Shown: piece by piece, positions 24,751 through 36,639 of the stretch
Layout of the letters: every line of letters begins with the position of its first letter
How positions within the stretch are numbered: position 1 is the stretch's first letter
Source: Negaprion brevirostris
Taxonomy: Eukaryota
Assembly: GCA_030324005.1 (NCBI GenBank)
Contig: JARDVH010000042.1
Location: 66,534,401-66,598,400, forward strand
Length of the DNA stretch: 64,000 nt
Direction: 5' to 3'
The notes under the pieces: model-generated
Databases searched by the model: none
The model's input: only the letters and a program-made list of their open reading frames with translations
Told to the model about the DNA's origin: nothing
Program-made: the position numbers and the translations under genes

Positions 24751-26424
24751 ATGGAGTGTCTACTCTATCATATTGATCTCAAGTTGTGTTGCAAAACCCC
24801 AAACTGCTCAAATTGCTTTAGCCTCAAGTTCCATCTGGGTGGGCTTTTTCCGCACATATCCATTTGTCTTAGAGGACTGGCTGTCCTTTAGCACTTCAGA
24901 ATAAACACCAAATTCTTTTTAACCAGTTTTGCCTCTTTATTTTCTAATTTGTTGGTTGCCAACAAAATTTAAGGGACATAAGGTGACATAATTCTCATAG
25001 CATTTCTAGATTATCTTTTATCTTCCTGTTCATTGTGGTTTTTGCTCTACATCATAAGGTAGTTAAGCTCAATTTGCCTTTCTATGTCTTTTGGACCTCT
25101 TGCTCCCATGGTCAGAGTTTCTATCACCAGTACATAATCATTTTTAGTGTAAGAGTCACTCCCACATCCATTATGAGAACTGGGACTGTTTTTTCTTGCT
25201 TTCCACTATTTCACCTATATTTGTCAGTCCATAAATCTTACCTCTGGTCCATCATTTTAGATATTTAGCCAATGTTTGTACTTGCTGGTAGCTTTTCCTG
25301 CTCTCCCAAAAATAGTCACATCACTCCATTTATTGGACCTCTCTGGTATGTATGTCATTTCAGCACCAACTGTGGGCAGCTGTCCATTTGGAATGATAGA
25401 TCTGTTCTGTGTATTGGTATATTTCTGTCCATTGCCATCCACCCCCTTATCTCGGGTATTCTGTCCCTTGTAACTGTTAAACATGTGAATGTGTGAGGTA
25501 CAAGACGCCTCATCATCTTCCATTAACTGTTCAGATTCTGAAACTTTATAAGCAGTCCAGATTAACTGAGATGAATGGACCTTATTAGCTTGACTATCAT
25601 GTTGGGAAACCACTAACTTCCTATCCACAATACCCCTAACCCAGAGATTTCCATTCTTTCTGACCCCCAGTACTAAATCCCCAGGAGTAATATTCACCTG
25701 GGACTACCTTATGCAATGCTGTAGAGTTCTCTGAATTTTCTCCTAGACTTCTACCTTGATGAATGCCCTTTTTCCCTGCATGTAAAGCATTCAGGTGTGT
25801 AGGAAAAAAGAAAATTGTAGTGCCTTCTAGAGCATTTAACAGAAGATACTTTGAGATTCCTCCCAAAGACCTACTGATAAGATCTATAGCTGCCAACCAG
25901 GTGAAATGAATTTTTTGCACAGATTTTCCATGTCAGTGCCATTGTTAGTTTAGTTAAGATCTTATGAACATGATTGCTTTCACAGAAGACATTGTGAAAG
26001 TATTTTCAGCTGCAATATTCATGACTACAATATTTATATATTTGCACGTCTCTCCACCTGTCTTTGGCAAGCTCCATCCCCAAAAACCCTAACATTTCCC
26101 CCCCCTTCACCCCACAATTGTCAGTCAGAAATTGCTCCAAGTCCAGTTCCTATCCAACAGTCCTTGATTTTCTGCTCCACCCTTTTGTCTTTATGTGTTA
26201 GAGTAGAAAGAATGAATTTGGTTGTCGTGTCCATAAAATGAAACTGCTTATTGTGATGTCCTAAACACTTAATTGCACAGACACAACTTCCTCAAGCCCT
26301 TCCACCAATGAAAGTCTTACAAAAGGCCATGACAGCATCCACGGATACATTTTACAATACGTCACATTTCACTAATTTCTTTGATGAGCCTCGTGTAGTC
26401 ATCAACATCATCCACATGCTTTCA

Positions 26425-29400
26425 TTCTCCTTAAGCAGTCCTTCAGAGTCAGGATGACTTGCTTCCACACCAGAAATTAGTTCTCAGGAGATTGAGGAGT
26501 CCAATATGTGATAAATCCATCCCTGGTGAGGCAGACAATGGGTGGGCGAGGTGCCTGGGTTGCCACATGCTCCTTTCTCTGTTGACACTCAGCTTTAGCT
26601 TACTCTCATCATTGGAACCTGGGTGTATAGCTCCTTCCCAGATGCTTTTCCTCCATTTCAGACAGTCTTGGCCCAATGTGTAGGTGGGGATTTTTCATTT
26701 TTTCAAGGAGGCTTTGAGGGTGTCCTTGAAGTGTTTCCTCTGCCCTCCTGGGGCTCACTTGTTGTGCTGAAGCTCTGAGTTGAGCACTTGTTTCAGGAAT
26801 TGTTTTCAGACATGTAGACGTGGTCTGCCCAGTTGGAGCTGATTGAGTGTGGTCAATGCTTTGGATGTTAGCCTGCGAGATAACACCCATCCTGCCAATG
26901 GATCCTATGGAGGCTGGTTGTATTTCTCCAGGATTTTGAGATGCCTGATATCCACAGTCCATGTATCTAAGCCATTTAGGAGGACGAGTATCACTACTGC
27001 TCTGTAGACCATGAGCTTGGTGCTGAGTCTGAGGTCCTTGCCTTCAAACACAATTTCCCTCAGGTAACCGAAGGCTACACTGGCACACTGAAGGAAGTAT
27101 TGAACCTAATCTTTGACGTCTGCCCTTGTTAACAGTCAGACCCCCAGATAAGGAAAGTAGTTCATATTGTCCAAGGCTTCAAAGTGGATTTTGATAACCT
27201 GGGGATTTGTGTCAGGGGTAGATTTGTAGGAGCTCTTTGTCTTATGCATGTTTAGTTTGAGGCCCATGCTCTCATACACCTTGGTGAAGATGCTAACAAT
27301 GGCTTAGAGCTCAGCTTCTGAATGTACACAGACGCAGGCATTGTCTTCATACTGTAGTTCATTGATTGGATGGGATGAACTTGGGTCTGACCTGTAGGCA
27401 AAGGTTGTGCAGATTCCCGTTTGTTCTAAAGTTTAGCTCCACTCCAGTGGGGAGCTTGCTGAGGGTAAGTTGAAGCACTGGAGCAAGGAAGGTCAAGAAG
27501 AATATCAGTGCAATAACGGCCCTGTACGACCCCAGACCAATCATAAAGTGGGTCTGTGGTGGATCCATTGGTCAGGGTCATGGGCTTACATGTCATCATG
27601 GGGCAGGCGGAAGACAGTGACAAACTTTTGAGGGCAGCCAAAATGGCAAAGAAAGCTTCTTAATCCCCCACATTTGACAGTTCAAAGGTCTTTGGGAGGT
27701 CAAATAAAGTAATGTGCAAGGCTGGTGCTATTCACTGCATCTCTCTTGGAGTTGCCATGCAGAAATGATCATGTCCGCTGTGCTCCTTAGTGGGTGGTAT
27801 CCACATTTTAATTGTGGGAGGAGCTCTTCAGCCACAGAGAGAAGGTGATAAAAGAACATTCTTGCGACAACCTTCCCTTTTGCCGACAGCAGGGAAGCTC
27901 CTCTGTAGCTACGGCAGTCAGACTTGTCAACTTTCTTGAAGATGGCCACGGTTACAGTGTCTGAGATCTCCTGGCATTTTCTCCTCCTTTCAGATATGGG
28001 AAATGAATTCCCGTATTCATGGCAATAATGCTTCTCTGCCATGTTTTAGTGCTTCTGTTCCTTATACCTTGCTGTCCTTCAGATGTCCGGAGACCTTCTC
28101 TATCTTGTGCTGAGATGACATTGGGTACCACGATGTGGAGTGGAATCAAGAACACTCGTGTTGAAGACACAGTCTCTGTTAAGGTCTTCAAAGCGGCACG
28201 GACACTCTGCATCTCTAGGTCACCTGGAGTTGTCAGGATCACCGGGAGTTATCAGGTTAATAGTGAGGTGCTAGATGAACAGGCCTCTCTTATCAGGATC
28301 TTTGAGTGCCTCAGTGTTGATTTTCCAGTGGCATTGTTTCAGTTGCCATCATTGCTTTGGAGGTACATTAATGTTGATTCCAGAGCGGATTAGACAATGG
28401 CCAGTCAGCCAGACATCAACTCCTGTCATGGCATAGATGATGAGATACATCCTTGCGGTCCCTCACTCAGATGATGGCATAGTCAAACAGATGCCAGTAC
28501 TCAGAGCAAAGATCTTGCCATGAAGCCTTGTACTCTGACAGAACAAGGTGTTGGTTACAATAAGGCCATATTATCAGAAGCAGGGTACCTGTGATGTTGG
28601 ATTTCCCTACCCCCCCCACCTCTGCCAATTACACCTCCCAGAAGTCTGTGTCCTTTCCAATTCTGGTATTGAAGTCACTGAGGATCACTTTGTCACCTGT
28701 TGGGATTCAGGTGTAACATCCCTCTTTGGATCCATCTGTAACTTCATGTTTAGGCGCATACATGCTGAGGACTGTAGCAGACTGGTTATGGGCTAGGTTG
28801 AGTTGGAGATTCATGAGATCTTTGTTTATCTGAGATGGTCAACCAGTTCATTTTTAATGGTGAAGCTAATCCCATGAAGACGGTGATCTTCTTCTGATTT
28901 ACCTTTCCAGAAAAAGGTGCAGCCACGACCTTGTTCCTTGAGCTGGCTCTTCCCTATTCACTCGGTCTCACATAGGGCAGCAATGTCAATGTCGAAGTGC
29001 CTGATCTCCTGGACAATGATTGCTGCATACCATTCTGGTCTGTCACTGTTGGGTTGACCATGAGGATGCTGACATTCCAGGTCGTCAATTTAAGGGAAGG
29101 AAGATGAGTTCTTTTAATTTGAGGTGGCCATAGCACACCAGCTACCAGATGGGTTTGACAGAGCATGGTCTTGGTCCTGTGATAAAGGGCCCACTCCAAT
29201 GGATGGACTTAGGACATACATGCACTCATACTCCTACTGTCCTCCATTCTCCTTCCCACAGGACCTCTTTCCCTGGGATTCATATGAGTTCATGAGGGTG
29301 GCACTGGCCCCTCACTGTGAATGGCCACATCGCTCCTCTCTCACTGTTAACAACTCTGCTGTTCTCTCTCTCTCTCACTGTTAATGCTGTACTGCTCCTC

Positions 29401-29490
29401 TCTCATTGTTAAAGGCCCCGCTGCTCCTCTCTCACTCTTTTAGGTGATGGTTACTGCCTCCAGATCCTCTTTTCACCAGCTCAGGTGGAT
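26425..29490 (-). mobile_element. Near full-span RTE (BovB-like) LINE, decayed, nested in the copia integrase
   Basis: LKLTTWNVSILMVNP (EN start), IFKKVDKSDCRSYRGASLLS...CGYHPLRSTADMIISAWQLQERCSE (RT), LQYEDN (YADD box), and 3' end GGAAGCAAGTCATCCTGACTCTGAAGGACTGCTTAAG. Confidence 0.9.
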
Positions 29491-30309
29491 TTTAATCTGT
29501 GACAAGAAGGATAAGCAAATTGTCTATATAACTCCATGACAACTTGCTTTTTATCCCTCTCAAATTCTTATCACCTGATGTCATTAACACTTCTTTCACT
29601 TTCTGAATGGAAATGCTTAGTTTTAAGGGATGCAATAACGCATGATCGGGTACACTGCAGATCAACTGACTTTCCAAAAACAAGTATTTTATCATGGTCC
29701 ATGTCCAATTTGAGTTGTGTCTTTTCCATGGAATGCTTGCTTAGCAGCAAGAATATCTCATTAATATTAACAACTGGCTGACTCCAGCTAGATGGCTTGG
29801 GATCCCAATCTTAGCAATGACCTCAACATGTTGACATCCCCAAACACGAAACAAATAGAAGTATCATACATTCAACCTTATTTTGATTCTTAATACTGAG
29901 TGAATCTAAATAATATTTTAATACATCTGTTCCGCACTGTCAGGATGTAATCCTTATCCAACATGATACAATTAAATTAATCTGTGAATAATACACTCAT
30001 TAACAAACTAAAGGTTCTTGTAACTAATACAGTTCCCTCAAACTATCGCCATTATCATCAACTTTCAAAATCTCTGCATCATGCTTCAAAAACATGTTCT
30101 AATTTGGGCATTTCATCAGATTATGATATTTTAAGTCATATCTGAAACACCTGTCGACAGTTCCTTGGGCATTTCCAGGGTTCATTTTTCCATTACTATT
30201 ACTCCAATCCTGTCATCTGTCAAATCTGCTACGAATCCCTTCAGCCTCATTCCTTTTGTCTGTAACTTTTCTGTTGTATTGCTGCTTGTGTCCAGCATCT
30301 TGAAAGTCT

Positions 30310-30870
30310 TAGAATCATAGAATCATAGAAACCTACAGTACAGAAAGAAGCCATTCGGCCCATCGAGTCTGCACCGACCACAATCCCACTCAGGCCCTAC
30401 CCCCATATCCATACATATTTTTTAACCCATTAATCCTCTAACCTATGTATCTATGGTCAATTTAGCATGGCCAATCAACCTAACCCGCACATCTCTGGAC
30501 TGTAGGAGGAAACTGGAGTACCTGGAGGAAACCCATGCAGATACGAGGAGAATGTGCAATCTCCACACAGACAGTGACCCAAGCNNNNNNNNNNNNNNNN
30601 NNNNNNNNNNNNNNNNNNNNNNNNNNNNNNNNNNNNNNNNNNNNNNNNNNNNNNNNNNNNNNNNNNNNNNNNNNNNNNNNNNNNTGGCCAATCAACCTAA
30701 CCCGCACATCTTTGGACTGTGGGAGGAAACTGGAGCACCCGGAGGAAACCCACACAGACACAAGGAGAATGTGCCAACTCCACACAGACAGTGACCCAAG
30801 CCAGGAATTGAACCCAGGTCCCTGGAGCTGTGAAGCAGCAGTGCTAACTACTGTGCTACCATGCCGCCCT
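30310..30870 (-). mobile_element. HE1 SINE(s): two overlapping segments separated by a 100-N gap
   Basis: TAGAATCATAGAATCATAGAAACCTACAG tail and GGCCAATCAACCTAACCCGCACATC core on both sides of the gap. The head ends CTGTGCTACCATGCCGCCC. Confidence 0.9.
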
Positions 30871-32805
30871 TGAAAATCTTTAAGTCCTCCATCCTTTGAG
30901 ACACCACAGAAAATCCCATTTACACCAAAACAGCTGGATATGGCTGCTTTTCCAGGAATAATTTTTAAAACAAATGACATGTAATCCAAATGTCTTTTTC
31001 TTGGAACTGAAAGCCAGTTAAGACCAGAAGTATATCCATATGCAACACCTTAAGACAATCCAGCAACTTAAATGTAAGAACTAAATAAGGAATCTCCAAA
31101 TTGAATTTCTGAAATCTATTATACAGTTTGTTAAAGTCCATGATATATTTTATGAATCAATCAAATCTATCAAAATCTGGTCGCGCATTGTAGTCATCTA
31201 ACAGATCATATTTCATATAAATTTCACCCATGAAGCTTTAATAATAGATCCAAACCTAAGATTTTGCTGCCCTCCAAAAAGCAAATATTTACATTCCATA
31301 TTTTTGTAGGAAGTAATTTACTGTGATCAGGGTTAATTGTCATTCCAGTACAATGCTAGTCCATATGTAACAGAAAATGGCCTAAGTTTCAGCTCATAAG
31401 AGATGAAGTGTGCATGTGGAAATTATCATTACATTTCTAAAAGGTAAATTTGATTGAAAAAGTTCAAATTGTTGTAGCTTTTCCTGCCTATTCTGAACTT
31501 TAATGCAGCATTTTCATGTGAATGTCTAAAATATCAGGCCAAATTTTCATCATAAAGGTGGCAAACAGTAGCTTGATTTTGTTTTGGACTAGAAATTGGA
31601 AAATTGATTAAAATTCAGGATTGCACAGAGGACAGAACCCTTAATGGATATGGAGATGGGCTTCCTGTCTAATTAAGCCAATAGGGTCAGGGCTGGAGAT
31701 AGGTCAGATGAAGTGGGGATTGCTTTTGACTCCATTTCTGAGGGAGTGATTATCCTAAGCAAGAAATTTGCTGATTGTACCAAACCCTTCCAAAGCACTA
31801 GAGGAAAACTACATAATCACAGGAGAACCAAGAGGTAGGGCTAATTTTCACTTCATCCATGCCTACCTAATATTGGAAGCCATAAAAAAAAGGAGCTCCT
31901 CAATGCAGAGGGGGAAGAAAAAAATCTGTGGAGAATTAAGTGGATCAATTGGGCAACTTCTTACTGTCTTGTCTACTATTTTCCTCTCTTTGCACTGTAT
32001 AGGTAATGGCACTTTAAAACATAGGCCTGGAACTCTTTTTATTGCTGCTGTTACAGAAGAAGTGGCAATTGGCTAGTTTCCCTGGAACCTAATATGCTAG
32101 GCTATATACGCAGAAAGTGTATGAAGAATGATATGTTCTATTTGTTGTGTCTTCCCAGAAATACCATGTGAAAGAAATATTACAAAGATAAAAAATGCAG
32201 TATTTGTCATTGTTGCTATTGATCTTTCTTGCAGATGTTAATTTAAAGTTTGTGTTTAGTGCCTTGAAAAGCATTCTCAATATTGATGCTTTTCAGTTAT
32301 CAGAAAGAAATTCTGCCAATAAGGATAAATGTAAATTTTCATAGTAAATTCTACCACAGAGTCCTTTCTGCAACAATTGAAACTATTCCAAATTGCAAGA
32401 CAATACCTTTTCCAAATGTAACATGCAATTTACACATACTCAGCATGAAGATGAAAAAACACCCAGATTCAGCAGAGGACTAGGATGGAAATGCTGGCAT
32501 TTGTTTGAGATATGGACATGGCACTACCCATAATCCTCTCTCAACTTTCAAAATTAGGTTGCCTTCAATGTTCAGTCATTCAGCTGAAGGATCAGTATTT
32601 GAATTTCCTTTGCCAAATCTGTATCTTCTCTGGTGAGGGACAAGGAATGGAGTTGTGTTGGACAGGGTTGTCATGCCTGACATCTGTGGTCATTGAGGCC
32701 AGTCTTGTTGGAAGTGCTGAATCTTGTTACAATTTTAGCACCTATCTGGAGTATCCTTTGAGTGTGCTCATTCAGGAAGCTTACTGTAGCAGTAAGATTG
32801 GACTG

Positions 32806-32970
32806 GGGTGAGCACAGTAAGAAGTCTCACAATACCAGGTTAAAGTCCAACAGGTTTATTTGGAATCATGAGCTGTTGGAGCACTGCTCCTTCCTCAGGT
32901 GAGCCACCGGAGGAAGAAGCAGCAATCTGAAAACTTGTGATTCCAAATAAACCTGTTGGATTTTAACCTA
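32806..32970. repeat. Palindromic Penelope pLTR-derived repeat with two oppositely oriented decayed hammerhead-ribozyme cores
   Basis: Arms AGGTTAAAGTCCAACAGGTTTATTTGGAATCATGAG and CTTGTGATTCCAAATAAACCTGTTGGATTTTAACCT. The minus strand reads CTGAGGA-A-GGAGC-AGT-GCTCC-AACA; the plus strand reads CGGAGGA-AGAAGCAGCAATCT-GAAA. Confidence 0.75.
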
Positions 32971-34089
32971 GACATAGGACAACAAGGATTGGATTTGTAA
33001 TTGCTGTGCAGCAAACTTGTCAGCCTGAGATTGACACCCCTGTCTGCGCTGACAGTCACCTCAGTGATGGTGTCCTCTTTCCTGCCGTTAGGACTCCAGT
33101 CTTTCCCCATGAGCCAGATGCTGTAATCTTGCTCATTAAAGGAGACATTATGTGTTTGTCACTGTTGAGTCTCTTCAGTTCCCTCCAAACACCTTCATTG
33201 CTCACCACTTTCAGCTGGGCTATTTTTCAACTATATGTCACAGGTTTGGAGGAGGACGATGTGTCAAACAACTTTTCCAGTTGTAGGAATACAGGGACCA
33301 GTTCTCTTCTTTGGTTTGCTTGTACTCATAACACCTCTGCGGAAGCTGCAGCAGGGTTCTGCTGCCCCAGTAGCCCAAGCCAGGATCTAAAAAATCCACT
33401 ATGGACTTCTTTGAATGTCTGTACCATTCACCAGTTTTTCCCGGCGAGTTTTCCCACACAGATATTCCATCATGAGGGCTGCCTGTTCCCCCTCTTGAGG
33501 TCCATACATGTAATGACCAGCTATGCGTCACTGAGTCAATCCTTGGCTGCCAGTTCATTATAAATGGTCAGTTTTCCTGGTAATCTGTCCATCTTCCTAC
33601 TCATTGGCAGGGAGAATATCCATGGTGGAATTTTTCATCTTTCCTCTGCTATGTTAAAAGACGGTACACTGAAAGCCAGTTTCTGATCACTGCTTCAACT
33701 CTCAGTTTTATCCTGTGAAGCCTGTGCCTCTTCTAGAGTTGCATCGGCCTTCCTCATTGACAGAGCCAGTTTCAGATCTTTCATCATCCACTGCAGCTCA
33801 GTCAGGCACTCTTTCTTTTCATGCATTTTATTTTGATGTCTGCACTGTAGCATTCCACTTCGGACATCAAAATATAACGTGCAATTTAAGCACATGGACT
33901 GCATGAAGATTAAAATAAAACAAGGTTCCTTCATTCCACCAACTACAAACTATATAAGGTCTCTAGGGAAAGCTTAACTCCAAGAAAAGCTATTTACAGG
34001 AACATTGACCACTGATGCTCCAGATTTCTGTCCTATTCAAGAGTTGTCAAAACCTACTGACACCACCCCCACAGTCGGTATTGATAAGA

Positions 34090-34200
34090 GGCAAGAGCTC
34101 TGATGAAAGGTCATCTAGACTCAAACCATTGGCTTTATTCTCTCCCCACAGGTGCCATCTTACCTGCTGAGATTTTCCAGCATTTTCTATTTTAGTTTGA
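34090..34200 (+). ncRNA. Decayed minimal type I hammerhead ribozyme in a Penelope-derived repeat
   Basis: AGAGCT-CTGATGA-A-AGGTC-ATCTA-GACTC-AAAC-CATT-GGCTTT. The CUGAUGA box (34100-34106), helix II and helix I are recognisable, but the GAAA box is mutated. Confidence 0.6.
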
Positions 34201-34274
34201 GAGAGCACATGGTTTGTGTACGTAAGCAGGCATGTGTGTGTAAGTACATTCAATGATGAGATGTGAGCTAGGCC

Positions 34275-34745
34275 TTTATTATTGTCTCTCCCTAATTGCT
34301 CTCAAAAAGGTGGTTATCGACCTTCTTGAACTCCTGCGGTCCACATGGTGTAGGTACATCCACAGTGCTATTAGGAAGGTAGTTTCAGGATTTTCATAGT
34401 GAAGGCAATATATTTCCAAATAGGATGGTGAGTGGCTTAGAAGGAAACTTCCAAGTGGTGAGATTCCCATGCATCTGTTGTCCTTGCCCTTTAGGATGGT
34501 AGAGATTGGGAGGTGCATTGGTGGGTAGCTGCAGTGCATCTTGTAAATGGTACATACTGCTGCCACTGTACAGGGAGTACCTAAAAGATCCCCCCCACCA
34601 CTGTACAGGGAGTGAATGTTGAAGGCGATAGGTAGATGGTGTGCCGACCAAGTGGGCTGCTTTGTCCTGGATGTTGTTGAACTTCTTCAGTGTTGTTGGA
34701 GCTGCATTCATCCAGGCAAATGGAGAGTATCCCGTAACGTTCCTG
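34275..34745 (-). mobile_element. CR1-like LINE 3' end
   Basis: ORFs WMNAAPTTLKKFNNIQDKAAHLVGTPS and AAVCTIYKMHCS. Reverse-orientation copy of the 16378-16778 family. Confidence 0.8.
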
Positions 34746-35779
34746 TTGCTTCACTTCTCTCTTCATGAGATCTTTCAAGCTAAGGAATGCTGCCAATGGA
34801 CTGACTAGGTCTCCATCTCACCTTCCTGGTTCCTTAGCCACCCTCAGGAGGTTTTAAGCTATTGTAGGCTCCTGCCACACTGCCACCCAAGCTCTGGACC
34901 TGTTTTCGCTACTTTCTCCCTCATCCCTCAGATTGTCAAATAGCATCTGGCCTCATCCCTCAGATTGTCAAAGAAAGGTCCACTGCTCAGTGCTCTCTCC
35001 ATCATCCACGCTTGCTGTATAATAACTCATTTATTAGGTTCTTTGAGCAATGCAATTCCACAATCCCATGCTCCTGGGAAACACAAATCAGAGAATTGGT
35101 GTCAGCTATAATGTTACACCTTATTGCCAATTAGTGCTTTGTTCACGTGAGCTCTGCTGAATTATCCCTTATATAGCAAGCACATACAAATGCAATGGAA
35201 CACTATGGCAAGGGGTATGCAAAGCCATATGATTGTTAGCATTTTGTCATTATAGCACTTTCATTTAATACGCATTGCGGCTCCTTGAAGGTTACCTTTA
35301 CCTTATATTTTATATGGTAACATATCTAATTTTTTTTAAAATTTAGCATTCATTACAATTCTCTTTTGGTTCTGCAATACAATTAATAATGTACAGACAT
35401 CTAAATGACATCTAGGATCTGATCTTAAATAGGTCATCATATAGAACAGTTGACCAAATCAACTGTTCTCTAATTCCCCTATGTTTTCCAGAAACAGTTT
35501 CTTTCTTATTAAAGTGTAACTGATAATTCTGGCAACATTCTGTAATGATTGCTTTATTTATTTATTTATAATAACTGATGATAACGTACAAGAGGTATGA
35601 ACATCCTAGAAACTAATAGGAAGAATTACACAAGATTTTGCATTTAAAACATTTACTGTAACAAACAAATATCAACAATGACTAAAAGTTACTTAGGACA
35701 CAGTTTGTATTGCTTTCAGGAAAAGGTTTGTGTATGTAAGCAAACATGTGTGTATGAGACCATTTGAAGCTGGCAGCCT

Positions 35780-36320
35780 TATATGTCCAGGAGATCTAGG
35801 GGTGGCAGGAGCCACCAAAACCCATCCACATTGACCAAGAGGGTATGGCTGGAAATAGCTTCCACTATGAGCACAGCAGGGGACAATGGGAGATCAGGAA
35901 TACTGGAAGAGGTTCCACGATTTGCTATGATCCAAAAAGGTGAGTTGTTCAGCACAAACACACAGAGGTAAGTGTGATAGTTCACATCTGACCACTGTGC
36001 TTATGGTGGGAGATCTGGCCCTTACAAGCTTCCATGCTACAGGAGATGTATGTTTAAGCCACTCCTGTAGATGCACTCAGTAAATGGCTAGAAATGCGAA
36101 TATACTATAATTGAATGCCATACTCAAGAGATTTGTCTCTGGTGGCACTATATATTAGGCTAACATTTCTCTATGTTGTATCTGCAGGACAAGAGGGCCC
36201 ATACTGGAGGTGGGATTGCAAGGTCATGGGTGATTTGGAACATCGAAGATGCAGCTATGGAGATGGCAAAGGTGCCACACAGCCCATTGTTGAGTACCAA
36301 CACAGCCTGTTATAGGTGCC
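35780..36320 (+). pseudogene. PIF/Harbinger Myb/SANT-like (MSANTD/trihelix) DNA-binding gene relic with an intron
   Basis: TLTKRVWLEIASTMS...(frameshift)WKRFHDLL*SKK|GTGAGT donor at about 35940, then acceptor TGTATCTGCAG|GACAAGAGGGCCCAT (DKRAH..TGGG) at about 36187. This matches the W..IA...QC.KRF.DL...K.AHN.....TGGG pattern. Confidence 0.6.
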
Positions 36321-36639
36321 AAAGGTGGTGAAGAGGCACTGCAATAATGGTGACAGGGATGCTGTTAGTTCACTGAACAGAAGGGGACATTTGCCTGAGA
36401 CAGTGTGAAGGTTAGGAATACAAAGGACAGCACAATTATGATTGAATGCAATGGGACATATCACAACATGCTATAACAATGTGAAGGGCTACATGTCATT
36501 ACACAAATCTTGTGTCTCACACAGTTCCTAGTGTTGCTCGCTCACTGCCAAAACCCCATTCCCCCAAATACCCAAAACCCATCAATCAAGAAAGACTGCA
36601 TGGTTACATGGTATGAAAAGCTAAAAAAGAATCAAAGAT

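Larger units (their letters stand above)
24750..31390 (-). mobile_element. Ty1/copia LTR retrotransposon remnant, GalEa-like (gag-PR-IN-RT order), interrupted by an RTE LINE and HE1 SINEs
   Basis: Gag YIMDFNKLYNRFQKFNLEIPYLVLTFKLLDC (about 31100); zinc knuckle CFRYDLKYHNLMKCP (about 30130); IN start ELYRQFAYPSCHRLK (about 29500), resuming after the LINE with ISEKCDVCK..HFMDTTTKF..IGTGLG..FLTDN; HLNALHAGK; RT start EFGVYSEV..GF..RVDTP. The integrase lies upstream of RT. Confidence 0.8.

Noticed and set aside
33006-33934. 185-aa ORF and a possible second Myb-like relic
   Set aside because: No coherent motif could be reconstructed; probably an antisense reading of a decayed repeat.
34560-34975. 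Short direct duplications (CCACTGTACAGGGAGT x2; CCTCATCCCTCAGATTGTCAAA x2), and similar at 14088-14130
   Set aside because: Two or three copies inside decayed repeats are ordinary slippage or repair duplications, not a CRISPR-like array.
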